From positions 7,819 through 71,818 of the forward strand of contig JAJZRA010000003.1 of the NCBI GenBank assembly GCA_021847485.1: 64,000 nt of DNA, given 5' to 3'. The notes beneath the pieces are model-generated. The model saw nothing but the letters and a program-made list of their open reading frames with translations. It was not told where the DNA came from and searched no databases. The stretch comes from a bacterium. Lineage in GTDB: Bacteria; Elusimicrobiota; Elusimicrobia; Elusimicrobiales; UBA9959. Position 1 is the first letter of the stretch. The number at the start of each line of letters is the position of its first letter. Shown in pieces: positions 26,368 through 36,407 of this stretch. The position numbers were made by a program, and so were the translations under genes.

Positions 26368-27126
26368 TCAGAAGCTTGTGTTGTAGCGCATCTGGACGAT
26401 GCGCTCGGACTTGCGCGGCCAGCCGTTGTCGAACTTGCCGTCCCGGCCGATCTCGCGCAGCGCGAAATCCAGCTGGAAGTAGGGCGTGATGTAGAAGCGG
26501 GTGCCGGCGTTGAGGCGGGCCGGGTCGTCGGAGTGGAACAGGCTGTCGTACTCCACTATGAACGCCACCTTATCCTCGAGCGTGTAGTTCATGGCGAGGA
26601 AGCCGAACAGGTAGTTGTTGTCGAAATCCGGCACGTTGAAGCCGCCGTGCAGCACGAGGCCCGGCACGCCTATCTCCTTGGAGCCGACCAGGTAGAGGCC
26701 TTTGCCCTTCTCGAGGTACTTCTTCTTGTCGGGGTTGTAGTAGTAACCCTGGCCGTCGTAGCCCACCGCCATCGCCGGGATATAGTAGCCGCCGTCGTAG
26801 AAGCGGAACTTCACCTGGATCTCGGGCTTGCGCATCTTGATGCCGGAATCGGAACCGATGAACTTGTCCACCGACATCGCGGCGCCGAGGTTGAGCCGCT
26901 CGAGCACGCCGAAGTTCAGCGTACCCAGCACCCCGCCCCCGGAATAGGCCCGGGTCTTCACCATGAAGCCGTAATAGTCCAGGATGCCGGCGGTCGGGAC
27001 GTCTATCATCTCCACGTCCGGCAGCACCACGCCCTCGCCCTTGTCCCCGTCCCTGGCGGCCAGCGCCGGGGCGGCGGCCAGCAGCAGCAGCGTAGCGGCG
27101 ATCTTCAGTTTTTTCATTTTTACCAT
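26368..27126 (-). CDS. Outer-membrane beta-barrel protein, family unknown
   Basis: Signal peptide (KLKIAATLLLLAAAPALAA), alternating-hydrophobic strands, and a C-terminal ...RYNTSF beta-signal. Confidence 0.65.
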   Translation of the reverse strand: MVKMKKLKIAATLLLLAAAPALAARDGDKGEGVVLPDVEMIDVPTAGILDYYGFMVKTRAYSGGGVLGTLNFGVLERLNLGAAMSVDKFIGSDSGIKMRKPEIQVKFRFYDGGYYIPAMAVGYDGQGYYYNPDKKKYLEKGKGLYLVGSKEIGVPGLVLHGGFNVPDFDNNYLFGFLAMNYTLEDKVAFIVEYDSLFHSDDPARLNAGTRFYITPYFQLDFALREIGRDGKFDNGWPRKSERIVQMRYNTSF

Positions 27127-27148
27127 CCTTGTAAGCAGAGGTTCCTAC

Positions 27149-27523
27149 CTAAATTCCCAGCGCGGCCTTGACCTTGGCGTCCAGCTCTTCCAGCGAGAAC
27201 GGCTTCTGCACGGCGTCGGTCGCGCCCGACAGCATGGCTATGCCTTTCTCGCTGGCCACGTCGCGCGAGGTCATGATGATGATCTTCGGCGAATCCGTCC
27301 CGTAGCGCGAGGAGATCTCGCTGGCCACGTGGTAGCCGTCTATATAGGGCATCATCACGTCCAGCAGCACGAGGTCGAACCGCTCGTTCTCCGCCGCCTG
27401 CAGGGCGTCCTTGCCGTTGACCTTGGCCGTAACGTCGTAGCCGGCCCTCCTGAAATAGGACTCCAGCAGGTCTATTATGTCCGGATCGTCGTCGGCTATC
27501 AGAATCCGCTTTCCACTTTCCAT
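27149..27523 (-). CDS. Single-domain response regulator (REC only)
   Basis: ILIADDD, phospho-acceptor context LLDVMMP, and a conserved T/K downstream. 124 aa. Confidence 0.88.
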   Translation of the reverse strand: MESGKRILIADDDPDIIDLLESYFRRAGYDVTAKVNGKDALQAAENERFDLVLLDVMMPYIDGYHVASEISSRYGTDSPKIIIMTSRDVASEKGIAMLSGATDAVQKPFSLEELDAKVKAALGI

Positions 27524-30500
27524 GTCTTGTCCCCCAGCAGCTTTTCGATGTCCTTCAGCAGGGCCTCGCTCAGGCCCACCCGCTCGGTGGTCTCTATCAT
27601 GTACGTCCCGCGGCCCTTGGTGTTAACCTGGAAATAGACCGGGCACGTCCCGTGGCTCCTGCCGAGCGCGGTCTTGAGCTCGTGGAGCTGCTTCTCGTCG
27701 AACAGCACGCCCTCGGGCAGGTTGACCACCAGGCCGCGCGCCCACTTGTTCATCGCGTCGAACAGGCCGTAGGCCTCCTCGGCTATCAGCTCGTAGTTCT
27801 GCTCGCCGAAATCGGATTTCTGGACCTTGCCGGTGACCACGACCACCTTGTTCGGGCCCAGCTGCGGGCCGTACATCTTGTACTTCTTCGGGAACAGGCA
27901 GACGCCGACGTTGCCCGTCAGGTCCTCCACCTCGAACTTGGCCATCGCCTCGCCGGTCTTCTTGGTCTGCAGCGTCTTGAACTGCGCCACGATGCCGGCC
28001 ACGCGCACCATAGCCCCCTCCTCGAAGGAGCCGGCCAGCACCTTCTCGGCCTGGGCGTTGGCCACCATGGCCAGGTGCCGGCGGTAGCTGTTCAGCGGGT
28101 GCCCCGAGAAATAGAACCCGAGCACCTCGTGCTCGTTCTTGAGGATCGTATGCTCGCTGAGCGCCTGGGCCTCTTTCTTCTCGTCGGCGAACAGCATGGC
28201 CTGGTTGCAATCGAGGCTCTTGCCGCCGCAGAAGGCCTCCACGGCCTCCATCGCCTTGCTGCGCGAGAGCTCGGCCTTCTCGGCCGGGTAGAAGCAGTCG
28301 AAACAGCCCCCCTTGGCCATCGACTCTACGACGCGCTTGTTGAGCTGCTTGGAGTCCACGCGCAGCGTGAACTCCTCGAAAGAGCGGAACGGGCCGTTCT
28401 TGGTCCGCTCGGAGACGATGGACTCCACGACGCCCTCGCCCACGTTCTTCACCGCCGTCATCGCGAAGCGGATGGCGGGCCGGCCGGCGTGGTCCTCGAT
28501 CGAGAACTTGGAGAAGGAACGGTTCACGTTGGGGCCGGCTATCTCTATCTCCATCTCCTGCGCCTCGCCGATGTAGGTGACGAGCTTGTTCTCCTTGTCC
28601 TCGGAGTTGACGGCGCTCTTGCCTATTTCGCTGGTCAGCAGCGCCGCCATGAATTCCACCGGGTAGTTGGCCTTGAGCCACGCGGTCTGGTAGGCCACCA
28701 GCGCGTAGGCCACCGAGTGGGACTTGTTGAAGCCGTAGCCGGCGAACTTCGCCATGTCGTCGAAGATCTTGCTGGAGAGCTTGTTGGCGACGTCGTTGAA
28801 CTTCTTGGACTGCTCGATGAACTTCACGCGCAGCTTCTCCATGACGTCCATCTTCTTCTTGCCCATCGCCTTGCGGAAATCGTCGGCCTCGGAAGGCGTG
28901 AACTTGGCGAGGGTCTTGGAGATCTCCATGACCTGTTCCTGGTACACCATCGTACCGTAGGTGTCCTTCAGGATGGGCTCGAGCAGCGGGTGGTCGTAGA
29001 CGATCTTCTTCTTGCCGTGCTTGCGGTCGACGAACATCTCGAGCATGCCCGACTCGATCGGGCCGGGGCGGTAGAGCGCCACGAGGGCGGCGATGTCGCT
29101 GAACTGGGTGGGTTTGAGGCCCTTCACCAGCTTCTTCATGCCCTCGCTTTCCAGCTGGAACACGCCGGTCGTGCGGCCCTCGCAGAGCAGGTCGAAGGTC
29201 TTCTTGTCGTCCATCGGGATGGAGTAGATATCGAAGCTCTCCTTCCCTGGCAGTTTGCGTATGAATTCGGAGGCGGTCTCGATGATCGTCAGCGTGCGCA
29301 GGCCGAGGAAGTCCACCTTCAGCATGCCGAGCGTGCCGAGCACGTTGCCGTCGTACTGGGTGGTGATGACGTCCTTGTTGTTGCGGTTCGCGAGCGGGAC
29401 GTAGTTGGTCACGTCCTCCTTGGAGATCACGACGCCGGCGGCGTGCACGCCGGTCTGCCGGCGCAGGCCCTCCACCTTGAGGGCGATGTCGAACATCTTC
29501 TTGAGCTTGGGGTCCCGCTGGTACTCCTTGAGCTCGTTGACCTCGTTCATCGACTTGAAGAGGGTGGCCTTGGGGTCGCCGGGGATCAGCTTGGTGATGG
29601 CGTTAACGTCGGCGAGCGGGATGCCCATCACGCGGCCCACGTCCTTAATTGCGCTCTTGGCCTTGATCGTGCCGTAGGTGATGATGTTGGCCACGCGGCT
29701 GGAGCCGTACTTCTCGCGGACGTACTGCACCACCTTCTCGCGGCCGTCGTCGGAGAAGTCGATGTCGAGGTCGGGCATGCTCTTGCGGCCGGGGTTCAGG
29801 AACCGCTCGAACAGCAGCGAGTGCGGCAGCGGGTCCACGCGGGTGATGTCCAGCGTGTAGGCCACGAGGGCCCCGGCGCCGGAGCCGCGGCCGGGGCCGA
29901 CGGGCACGCCGATGCCGCGGCTGTGCTTGATGAAATCCATCACTATCAGGAAGTAGCTCGAGAAGCCCATCTGCCTGATGGTGCCCAGCTCGAACTCGAG
30001 GCGCTTGCGGTACTCCTCGCCCGCGTTCGGCACCTTCTTCTTCAGGCCCTCCTCGCAGAGGTCCTTCAGGTAATAGAAGTCGCCCTCGTCGCCGTACTTT
30101 TCCTTGTAGTCCTTCGGGATGTCGAAGGCGGGCAGGTGCAGCTTGCTGGTGTCTATCTTGACGTTGCACATCTCCGCGATGGCCAGCGTGTTCTTGACGG
30201 CCTCGGGGGTGTGCGAGAAGAGCTTGATCATCTCCTCGGGGCTCTTGTAATAGAGCTCGTGCGTCGTCATGCGCATACGCTCGGGGTCGTCCATCAGCGA
30301 GCCGGTGGAGATGCAGATGTGCGCGTCGTGCGCCTCCCAGTCCTCTTTCTTCTGGTAGTGGCAGTCGTTCGTGGCGACGAGCGGGATGCCGGTGCGCTTG
30401 GCCACCTCGAGGAGCCCGGCCATAGCGGCGGTCTCCTCGGGGATGTCGTGGTCCATCAGCTCGAGGTAGAAATTGCCCTTGCCGAGGATGTCGTTATATT

Positions 30501-31008
30501 CGGAGGCGATCTTGACGGCCTCGTCTATCTTGCCCTCGGCGCAGTTGCGCGCTATATGCGACTTCAGGCAGCCGGACAGGCAGACGAGGCCCTCGGCGTG
30601 CCTGGCCAGCAGTTCCTTGTCTATGCGCGGATCGTGGTAGAAGCCCTCGATGAAGGAGGCCGAGACCAGCTTCATCAGGTTGCGGTAGCCGGCGTCGTTC
30701 CTGGCCAGCACGGTCATATGGCCGTTGTCGCGGCGGGTGGTGCTCTTGTCGCGGTCGTGCCTGGAGCCGCGGGTTATGTAGCACTCGCAGCCGAGTATCG
30801 GTTTGAGGCCCACGGCGGAAGCGTTGAAGTAGAAGTCCATCGCGCCGTACATGTTGCCGTGGTCGGTGATGGCGAGCGCGTTGCCCTTTACGGCGCCCAG
30901 GCCCTTGAGGAATTCCGAGGGGCCGCCGTGCCCGTCCGAGATGCGCAGCATCCCGTCGAGCAGCGAGTACTCGGAGTGGTTGTGCAGATGGATGAATTCT
31001 GGAGCCAT
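27499..31008 (-). CDS. dnaE: DNA polymerase III alpha subunit
   Basis: PHP domain (HLHNHSEYSLLDG), a polymerase core including GPGRGSGAGALVAY, and a C-terminal OB-fold region. 1169 aa. Confidence 0.95.
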   Translation of the reverse strand: MAPEFIHLHNHSEYSLLDGMLRISDGHGGPSEFLKGLGAVKGNALAITDHGNMYGAMDFYFNASAVGLKPILGCECYITRGSRHDRDKSTTRRDNGHMTVLARNDAGYRNLMKLVSASFIEGFYHDPRIDKELLARHAEGLVCLSGCLKSHIARNCAEGKIDEAVKIASEYNDILGKGNFYLELMDHDIPEETAAMAGLLEVAKRTGIPLVATNDCHYQKKEDWEAHDAHICISTGSLMDDPERMRMTTHELYYKSPEEMIKLFSHTPEAVKNTLAIAEMCNVKIDTSKLHLPAFDIPKDYKEKYGDEGDFYYLKDLCEEGLKKKVPNAGEEYRKRLEFELGTIRQMGFSSYFLIVMDFIKHSRGIGVPVGPGRGSGAGALVAYTLDITRVDPLPHSLLFERFLNPGRKSMPDLDIDFSDDGREKVVQYVREKYGSSRVANIITYGTIKAKSAIKDVGRVMGIPLADVNAITKLIPGDPKATLFKSMNEVNELKEYQRDPKLKKMFDIALKVEGLRRQTGVHAAGVVISKEDVTNYVPLANRNNKDVITTQYDGNVLGTLGMLKVDFLGLRTLTIIETASEFIRKLPGKESFDIYSIPMDDKKTFDLLCEGRTTGVFQLESEGMKKLVKGLKPTQFSDIAALVALYRPGPIESGMLEMFVDRKHGKKKIVYDHPLLEPILKDTYGTMVYQEQVMEISKTLAKFTPSEADDFRKAMGKKKMDVMEKLRVKFIEQSKKFNDVANKLSSKIFDDMAKFAGYGFNKSHSVAYALVAYQTAWLKANYPVEFMAALLTSEIGKSAVNSEDKENKLVTYIGEAQEMEIEIAGPNVNRSFSKFSIEDHAGRPAIRFAMTAVKNVGEGVVESIVSERTKNGPFRSFEEFTLRVDSKQLNKRVVESMAKGGCFDCFYPAEKAELSRSKAMEAVEAFCGGKSLDCNQAMLFADEKKEAQALSEHTILKNEHEVLGFYFSGHPLNSYRRHLAMVANAQAEKVLAGSFEEGAMVRVAGIVAQFKTLQTKKTGEAMAKFEVEDLTGNVGVCLFPKKYKMYGPQLGPNKVVVVTGKVQKSDFGEQNYELIAEEAYGLFDAMNKWARGLVVNLPEGVLFDEKQLHELKTALGRSHGTCPVYFQVNTKGRGTYMIETTERVGLSEALLKDIEKLLGDKTWKVESGF

Positions 31009-31107
31009 GTATAGCCGGTCGCCGGCGGCGCGCCGCCCGCGGTCTTTAATTATATAAATAAATATCCCCCTATTGGAACCCCGCCCCAGTTTGCCCCTGG
31101 GGCCGGA

Positions 31108-31146
31108 CCGCGAGAAGCGAAGCCGGACCGACTTCGCTTCTCGCGG
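31108..31146. other. 15-bp perfect hairpin in the dnaE/nudF divergent region
   Basis: CCGCGAGAAGCGAAG-N9-CTTCGCTTCTCGCGG. GCCGGACCG is directly repeated at 31102-31110 and 31122-31130. Confidence 0.6.
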
Positions 31147-31186
31147 CGGCTGAACGGATATTAGCGCCCGGGTTTTGCGGAAATTA

Positions 31187-31192
31187 TATAAT
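31187..31192 (+). promoter_or_regulatory. Candidate -10 box TATAAT, 7 nt upstream of the ATG at 31200
   Basis: AAATTATATAATTGGAGGGATG. The GGAGG ends only 1 nt before the ATG, which is too close to serve as a normal Shine-Dalgarno. Confidence 0.4.
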
Positions 31193-31199
31193 TGGAGGG

Positions 31200-31763
31200 A
31201 TGAAGACCAGGAAAGCCCCGGCCGGGCTGGTGGAGAAAAGACACAGGAAGCGGCTGCTGTTCTCGGGCACCGTCAGTTTCCGCGCCGACACGGTCACGCT
31301 GCCCAACGGCAAGCGGGCCACGCGCGAGTTCATGGCGCATCCCGGCGCCGTCGCCGTGCTGCCGGTCCTGCCCGACGGGCGCATCATCTTCGTGCGGCAG
31401 TACCGCTACCCCGTCGGCGAGGCCACGCTGGAGATCCCGGCCGGCAAGCTGCATTCCCCCTCCGACCGGCCGCTGGCCCGCGCGAAGGCCGAGCTGAAGG
31501 AAGAGACGGGCTACACCGCGGCGGACATGAAGCCGCTGGTCTCCTTCTGGCCCACGCCCGCCTTCTCCAACGAGGTGCTCCATATCTACACCGCCACCGG
31601 GCTCAGGCCCGGAGAGTCCTCCCCCGACGAGGACGAGTTCCTGCGCGTCGAGACGCTGCCTTTCGCCCGGGCCTGGCGCCTCGTGCAGAACGGCGGCATC
31701 CGCGACTCGAAGACCGTGATAGCTTTGCAGGCCTGGCAGATCAGGCTCCTTAAGAACAAGTAA
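31200..31763 (+). CDS. NUDIX hydrolase (ADP-ribose pyrophosphatase-like)
   Basis: Nudix-box-like PAGKL...[11 protein letters not shown]. 187 aa. Confidence 0.8.
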   Translation: MKTRKAPAGLVEKRHRKRLLFSGTVSFRADTVTLPNGKRATREFMAHPGAVAVLPVLPDGRIIFVRQYRYPVGEATLEIPAGKLHSPSDRPLARAKAELKEETGYTAADMKPLVSFWPTPAFSNEVLHIYTATGLRPGESSPDEDEFLRVETLPFARAWRLVQNGGIRDSKTVIALQAWQIRLLKNK

Positions 31764-31773
31764 CGGAGACAAA

Positions 31774-33738
31774 ATGAAATTCGACACGACCGACACCCTG
31801 TGCGTCAACACGATCCGGACCCTTTCCATAGACATGGTGGGCAAGGCCGACAGCGGCCACCCCGGACTGCCCCTCGGCGCGTCGCCGCTGGCCTACGCGG
31901 TGTGGGCCGGCCACCTCAGGTTCTCCGCGTCCGATCCCGACTGGTTCGACAGGGACCGCTTCGTGCTGTCCGCCGGGCACGGCTCGTCGATGCTGTACTC
32001 GATGCTGCACCTCTACGGCTTCGGCCTGGAGATGGACGAGCTCAAGAAGTTCCGCCAGCTCGACAGCCTCACCCCCGGCCATCCGGAGTACGGCCACACC
32101 AAAGGCGTCGAGACGACCACCGGCCCGCTGGGCCAGGGCTTCGCCAACGCCGTCGGCATGGCGCTCGCCGAGAAGCTGCTGGCGCAGAAGCTCAACACGC
32201 CCGAGCACGCGCTCGTAGACCATTTCACCTACGTCATCTGCGGCGACGGCGACCTGATGGAAGGCGTCAGCTACGAGGCCGCCTCGCTGGCCGGCACGTG
32301 GAAGCTCGGCAAGCTGATCTGCCTCTACGATTCCAACGGCATCACGATCGAAGGTTCCACCGGGCTGGCCTTCACCGAAGACGTGAAAAAGCGCTTCCTC
32401 GCGCAGGGCTGGCAGGTCGTCGAGGTCGAGAACGGCAACGACCTGTCCGAGATCGACCTCGCGATAAAGAAAGCCAAGCGCGAGACGGAGCAGCCGTCGC
32501 TCATCATCGCCAGGACCCATATAGGCTTCGGCAGCCCCAAGCAGGACCGGAACTCCGTGCACGGCGAACCTCTCAAGCCCGAGGAGATCCTGGCCACCAA
32601 GAAGGCGCTGGGCTGGCCCTCGGAGGAGCCGTTCTTCGTGCCCGAAGAGGCGAAGGCCCGCTTCGCCGAGCAGACCGCCGCCGGCGAGCGCGACCGCAAG
32701 CGCTGGCTGAAGCTCTGGAAGAATTACGCCGAGGCCGACCCCTCCAAGGCCGACCTCGCCAAGGCCATGCTGGGCCGCGAGATCCCCGAGGGCCTCTTCG
32801 CCCAGGACGCCGCCTTCTTCGACAAGCCCGTCGCCACGCGCGAGGCCTCCGGCAAGGTCATCAACCTGATGGCCGCCGCGCTGCCCGGCCTGACCGGCGG
32901 CTCGGCCGACCTAGGCCCGTCGACCAAGACCGACTTCACCAAGGAGCCCGAGCGCACGCTGCACTTCGGCATCCGCGAGCACGCGATGGGCTCTATCCTC
33001 AACGGCCTCGCGCTGCACGGCGGGCTGATCCCGTTCGGCGCGACGTTCCTGGTCTTCTCCGACTACATGCGCCCGGCGCTGCGCCTGGCCGCGCTGATGC
33101 AGTGCCCGTCCATCTTCGTCTTCACGCACGACAGCATCGGCGTGGGCGAGGACGGCCCGACGCACCAGCCGGTGGAGCACCTGATGAGCCTGCGCCTAAT
33201 CCCCGGCCTCACGGTGCTGCGACCGGCGGACGCGTGGGAGACCCTTTACGCCTGGGAGACCGCCGTGCGTTCGAAGCGCCCGGCCTGCCTGGCGCTGTCG
33301 CGGCAGAAGCTGCCGCTGCTGACGCAGTATAAGGAAAAGATAGCCGCCGGCGTGAAGCGCGGCGCCTACCTGCTGCGCGGCCCGTCCACCGTGCCGTCGA
33401 TAGAACTGATAGCCTCGGGCTCCGAGGTCTCGCTGCTCTTCGAGGCCGCGGCGCTGCTGGAGAAGGACGGCATAGCCGCCCGCATCATCTCGGTGCCCTC
33501 TTTCGAGCTGTTCCGCGGGCAGGACCAGGCCTACAAGGACTCGGTGTTCCTGCCGAACATGCCCAAGCTCGCCGTGGAGGCGGGCCGCGGCGTCGGCTGG
33601 ACGGAGCTGGTCGGGCCGGACGTGGAGGTCCTCGGCGTGGAGACTTTCGGCAAGTCCGCGCCCGCCGCCCGCGCCTACGAGGCGCTGGGCCTGACGGCGG
33701 AAAAGATCGCCGCCGCCGCCAAAAGATTGGTGAAGTAA
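31774..33738 (+). CDS. tkt: Transketolase
   Basis: SGHPG and GDGDLMEG thiamine-diphosphate motifs. 654 aa, full three-domain length. Confidence 0.95.
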   Translation: MKFDTTDTLCVNTIRTLSIDMVGKADSGHPGLPLGASPLAYAVWAGHLRFSASDPDWFDRDRFVLSAGHGSSMLYSMLHLYGFGLEMDELKKFRQLDSLTPGHPEYGHTKGVETTTGPLGQGFANAVGMALAEKLLAQKLNTPEHALVDHFTYVICGDGDLMEGVSYEAASLAGTWKLGKLICLYDSNGITIEGSTGLAFTEDVKKRFLAQGWQVVEVENGNDLSEIDLAIKKAKRETEQPSLIIARTHIGFGSPKQDRNSVHGEPLKPEEILATKKALGWPSEEPFFVPEEAKARFAEQTAAGERDRKRWLKLWKNYAEADPSKADLAKAMLGREIPEGLFAQDAAFFDKPVATREASGKVINLMAAALPGLTGGSADLGPSTKTDFTKEPERTLHFGIREHAMGSILNGLALHGGLIPFGATFLVFSDYMRPALRLAALMQCPSIFVFTHDSIGVGEDGPTHQPVEHLMSLRLIPGLTVLRPADAWETLYAWETAVRSKRPACLALSRQKLPLLTQYKEKIAAGVKRGAYLLRGPSTVPSIELIASGSEVSLLFEAAALLEKDGIAARIISVPSFELFRGQDQAYKDSVFLPNMPKLAVEAGRGVGWTELVGPDVEVLGVETFGKSAPAARAYEALGLTAEKIAAAAKRLVK

Positions 33739-33772
33739 TTATTTTTCCGCAGCGTTCTCGCCGCGGAGGGGT

Positions 33773-33939
33773 GGCGAGGGCGTGCCTTTCGAGGGATGTC
33801 GCTCGGGTCCGGCTTGCGTAAGCGCCGGACCCGAGCGAACAAGGCGCGGGCACGGTGGCCGTCTGTGGCGCATAGCGCTTGAGACGGCACGGCCATAGGC
33901 CAGTGCCCGACGCCGGCCCGAGGAAGGCATGCCCTCGCC
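33773..33939 (+). ncRNA. Candidate structured RNA / repeat element (copy 2 of the 4363-4507 core), family unknown
   Basis: Predicted helices:
- P1: 33773-33788 / 33924-33939, 16-bp closing stem with one G-U.
- P2: 33800-33813 / 33824-33837, 14-bp perfect hairpin.
- P3: 33844-33853 / 33903-33913, 10 bp plus a bulged A.
- P4: hairpin 33859-33887.
- P5: GGCC-ATA-GGCC hairpin 33891-33901.
Both wobble pairs are G-U only on the plus strand. Confidence 0.45.
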
Positions 33940-34003
33940 AGGCCCCCGACTCCGCATCCCGCGGTTCTTACCGGCGACAACGCTGCCCTCAGGGGGACAC
34001 AAA

Positions 34004-34918
34004 ATGACGCATTCAATCGCTATCGCCGGGATGGGCAGGATGGGGGCCAACATGGCCCGCCGCCTGCTCGCCAAAGGCGTGAAGCCGCACGTCTGGAACC
34101 GGGACCCGGAGAAGCTCAAGCCGCTCGCCGCCGCCGGCGCGGCCGCCTCGGCCTCGCTGGCGGACCTCGCCGCCGCGATGAAAGGCCCGCGCCTCGTCTG
34201 GATGATGCTGCCCGCCGGCGAGCCCACCGAGACCATCTTCCGCGAACTGCTGCGGCTGCTGCGCAAAGACGACCTCATCGTCGACGGCGCCAACGGCAAC
34301 TGGCGCGACGCCGTCGCGCGCGCCGAAAAGGCCGCCGAGCGCGGCATCGGCTTCCTGGACGCGGGCGTCTCCGGCGGGATCTGGGGCCTCGAGAAGGGCT
34401 ACTGCGTCATGACCGGCGGCGCGGCCGCCGCGCACGCCGCCGCCGAGCCCTTCCTGAAAGCCCTCTGCGCGGAGGGCGGCTACCTGCACTGCGGCGCCTC
34501 CGGCGCCGGGCATTTCACCAAGATGGTGCATAACGGCATCGAATACGGGATGATGGAGGCCTCCGGCGAGGGGTTCGAGCTGCTCAGGGCGTCCCCCTTC
34601 GGCGGCGCGGACATGGCCGCCGTCGCCGCGCTGTGGAACCGCGGCAGCGTGATCCGCTCCTGGCTGCTGGAACTGGCGCAGAGCGCCTTCGAGAAGGACC
34701 CCGAACTGGAGCGCGTGGCCGGCGTCGTGGCCGATTCCGGCGAAGGCCGCTGGACCGTGGAGGAGGCCGCGCGCCTGGGCGTGCCGCTGCCGGCGATCTC
34801 GGTCTCGCTGTTCAAGCGTTTCCGCTCGCAGATGAAGGACGATTTCGGAGACCGCCTCGCGGCGGCGCTGCGCAACGAGTTCGGCGGCCACGCCGTGAAA
34901 ACGGCGGGGGAGAGGTAA
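34004..34918 (+). CDS. gnd: 6-phosphogluconate dehydrogenase, short (about 300 aa) decarboxylating form
   Basis: GMGRMGANMARRL Rossmann loop and a 6PGDH C-terminal domain. AGGGGGA RBS upstream of the ATG at 34004. Confidence 0.85.
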   Translation: MTHSIAIAGMGRMGANMARRLLAKGVKPHVWNRDPEKLKPLAAAGAAASASLADLAAAMKGPRLVWMMLPAGEPTETIFRELLRLLRKDDLIVDGANGNWRDAVARAEKAAERGIGFLDAGVSGGIWGLEKGYCVMTGGAAAAHAAAEPFLKALCAEGGYLHCGASGAGHFTKMVHNGIEYGMMEASGEGFELLRASPFGGADMAAVAALWNRGSVIRSWLLELAQSAFEKDPELERVAGVVADSGEGRWTVEEAARLGVPLPAISVSLFKRFRSQMKDDFGDRLAAALRNEFGGHAVKTAGER

Positions 34919-34922
34919 CGCC

Positions 34923-36407
34923 ATGGCCGAGACGCTCGGTTTTTGCGAAGAACTGCGCCCGGAGGGATGCGGCTTCGTGCTGTTCGGGGCCACCGGCGAC
35001 CTGGCCGCGCGCAAGGTGCTGCCGGCCCTCTTCGGCCTCTGCGAGAAGGGGATAGCCCCGCGGAACTTCTACGTCGTGCTCTCGGGCCGCACCCCGCTGG
35101 ACCGGCCCGCCCTCGAGGCCAGGCTGGCCGCCGCGCTGGGCAGGTCCGGCGTGCCGCCGCGGCCCGCCGCCTTCGCCGCCTTCCTCGAGCGCGTGGAATA
35201 CCTGCGCGCGGATTACGACTCCCCCGCTTTCTACGCCGGGCTGGCGGCGAAGCTGGAAGCCCTGGACGCCAAGTTCGGCGTCAGGCGCCGCCGCCTCTTC
35301 TACCTGGCCACCCCGCCGGCCGCCTTCGAGCCGGTCTCGGCCAGGCTCAGGGAAGCCGGCCTGCTCTTCGACCCCAAGGACTGCACGTGCTGGTCCCGCC
35401 TGATAATAGAGAAGCCCTACGGCTCCAGCCTCGAGACCGCCGTTTCGCTGGCCTCCAGCCTGGGCCGGGCGGTGCCGGAAGCGCAGGTCTACCGCATAGA
35501 CCACTTCACCGGCAAGGAGACCGTGCAGAACGTGCTCGCGCTGCGCTCCGCCAACCCGGTCTTCGACGGCACCTGGAACCGCGCCTTCGTCGACCACGTG
35601 CAGATCACCGTGCTCGAGGAGCTCGGCCTCGAGGGGCGCGAGGCCTTCTTCGAGCACATGGGCCTGGCCCGCGACATGATGAGCCATATCCTGCAGCTGG
35701 CCGCGATAACCGCGATGGACCTGCCCGCCAGCTTCCACGACGCCGACTTCAAGACCGAGAAGAAGCGCTTCTTCGACAGCCTGCGCCTGCCGGCCCCCGC
35801 CGACGTGCCCGCGATGGCGGTGCGTGGCCAGTACGCGTCCTATTCCGGGCAGCCGGGCGTGGCGCCGGGCTCTGCCGCCGAGACCTTCCTCGCCTTCCGG
35901 TTCTTCGTAGACAACGACCGCTGGCGGGACGTGCCTTTCTACGTCAGGGCCGGCAAGAAGACCGGGGCCAAAGCCACCAGGATCGCGGTGGTGTACAAGA
36001 AGCCGGCGGCGGGCGTGTTCGGCGCCATGGACATCGGCTACCCCAACGTCTTCTCGTTCGGCATCCAGCCGGAGGAGCGGGTGGACTTCACGCTGATAGG
36101 CAAGCACCCCGGCCCGCGGCTCTGCTTCGCCCGGCGGGAGATGGGGCTGGACTACCGCCCCGTTCCCGGGGAGGCCGCCAAATACCCCACCGACTACGAG
36201 CGCCTGCTGCTCGAGGCCATGGCGGGAGACCGGACCCTCTTCCTCAGCTACGACGAGATCCGCCGCATGTGGGAATTCCTCTCGCCGCTGCTGGACTCCT
36301 GGCGGGAGAAGCCCGCGGCCTGCCCGCTGCGGACCTACCCCGACGGGACGCCCGGCCCGGCCGAGGCCGCGGAGCTGCTGCGCCGCGACGGGCGGGACTG
36401 GGTATGA
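34923..36407 (+). CDS. zwf: Glucose-6-phosphate 1-dehydrogenase
   Basis: GATGDLA, IIEKPYG and RIDHFTGKE motifs. Confidence 0.93.
   Translation: MAETLGFCEELRPEGCGFVLFGATGDLAARKVLPALFGLCEKGIAPRNFYVVLSGRTPLDRPALEARLAAALGRSGVPPRPAAFAAFLERVEYLRADYDSPAFYAGLAAKLEALDAKFGVRRRRLFYLATPPAAFEPVSARLREAGLLFDPKDCTCWSRLIIEKPYGSSLETAVSLASSLGRAVPEAQVYRIDHFTGKETVQNVLALRSANPVFDGTWNRAFVDHVQITVLEELGLEGREAFFEHMGLARDMMSHILQLAAITAMDLPASFHDADFKTEKKRFFDSLRLPAPADVPAMAVRGQYASYSGQPGVAPGSAAETFLAFRFFVDNDRWRDVPFYVRAGKKTGAKATRIAVVYKKPAAGVFGAMDIGYPNVFSFGIQPEERVDFTLIGKHPGPRLCFARREMGLDYRPVPGEAAKYPTDYERLLLEAMAGDRTLFLSYDEIRRMWEFLSPLLDSWREKPAACPLRTYPDGTPGPAEAAELLRRDGRDWV

Noticed and set aside
27652-31014. Very long antisense or alternative-frame ORFs. 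Examples are 27652..31014 plus strand (1120 aa), 55232..57523 minus strand (763 aa), 244..1686 minus strand, 10097..11404 minus strand, 39778..41316 minus strand, 41575..43419 minus strand, 42612..44744 plus strand and 14466..15995 plus strand.
   Set aside because: They are opposite to, or overlapping, genes with unambiguous conserved motifs (dnaE, icd, glcF and others). Their translations are low-complexity and rich in Arg, Gly, Ala, Pro, Val, His, Asp and Glu, which is typical of GC-rich shadow frames.
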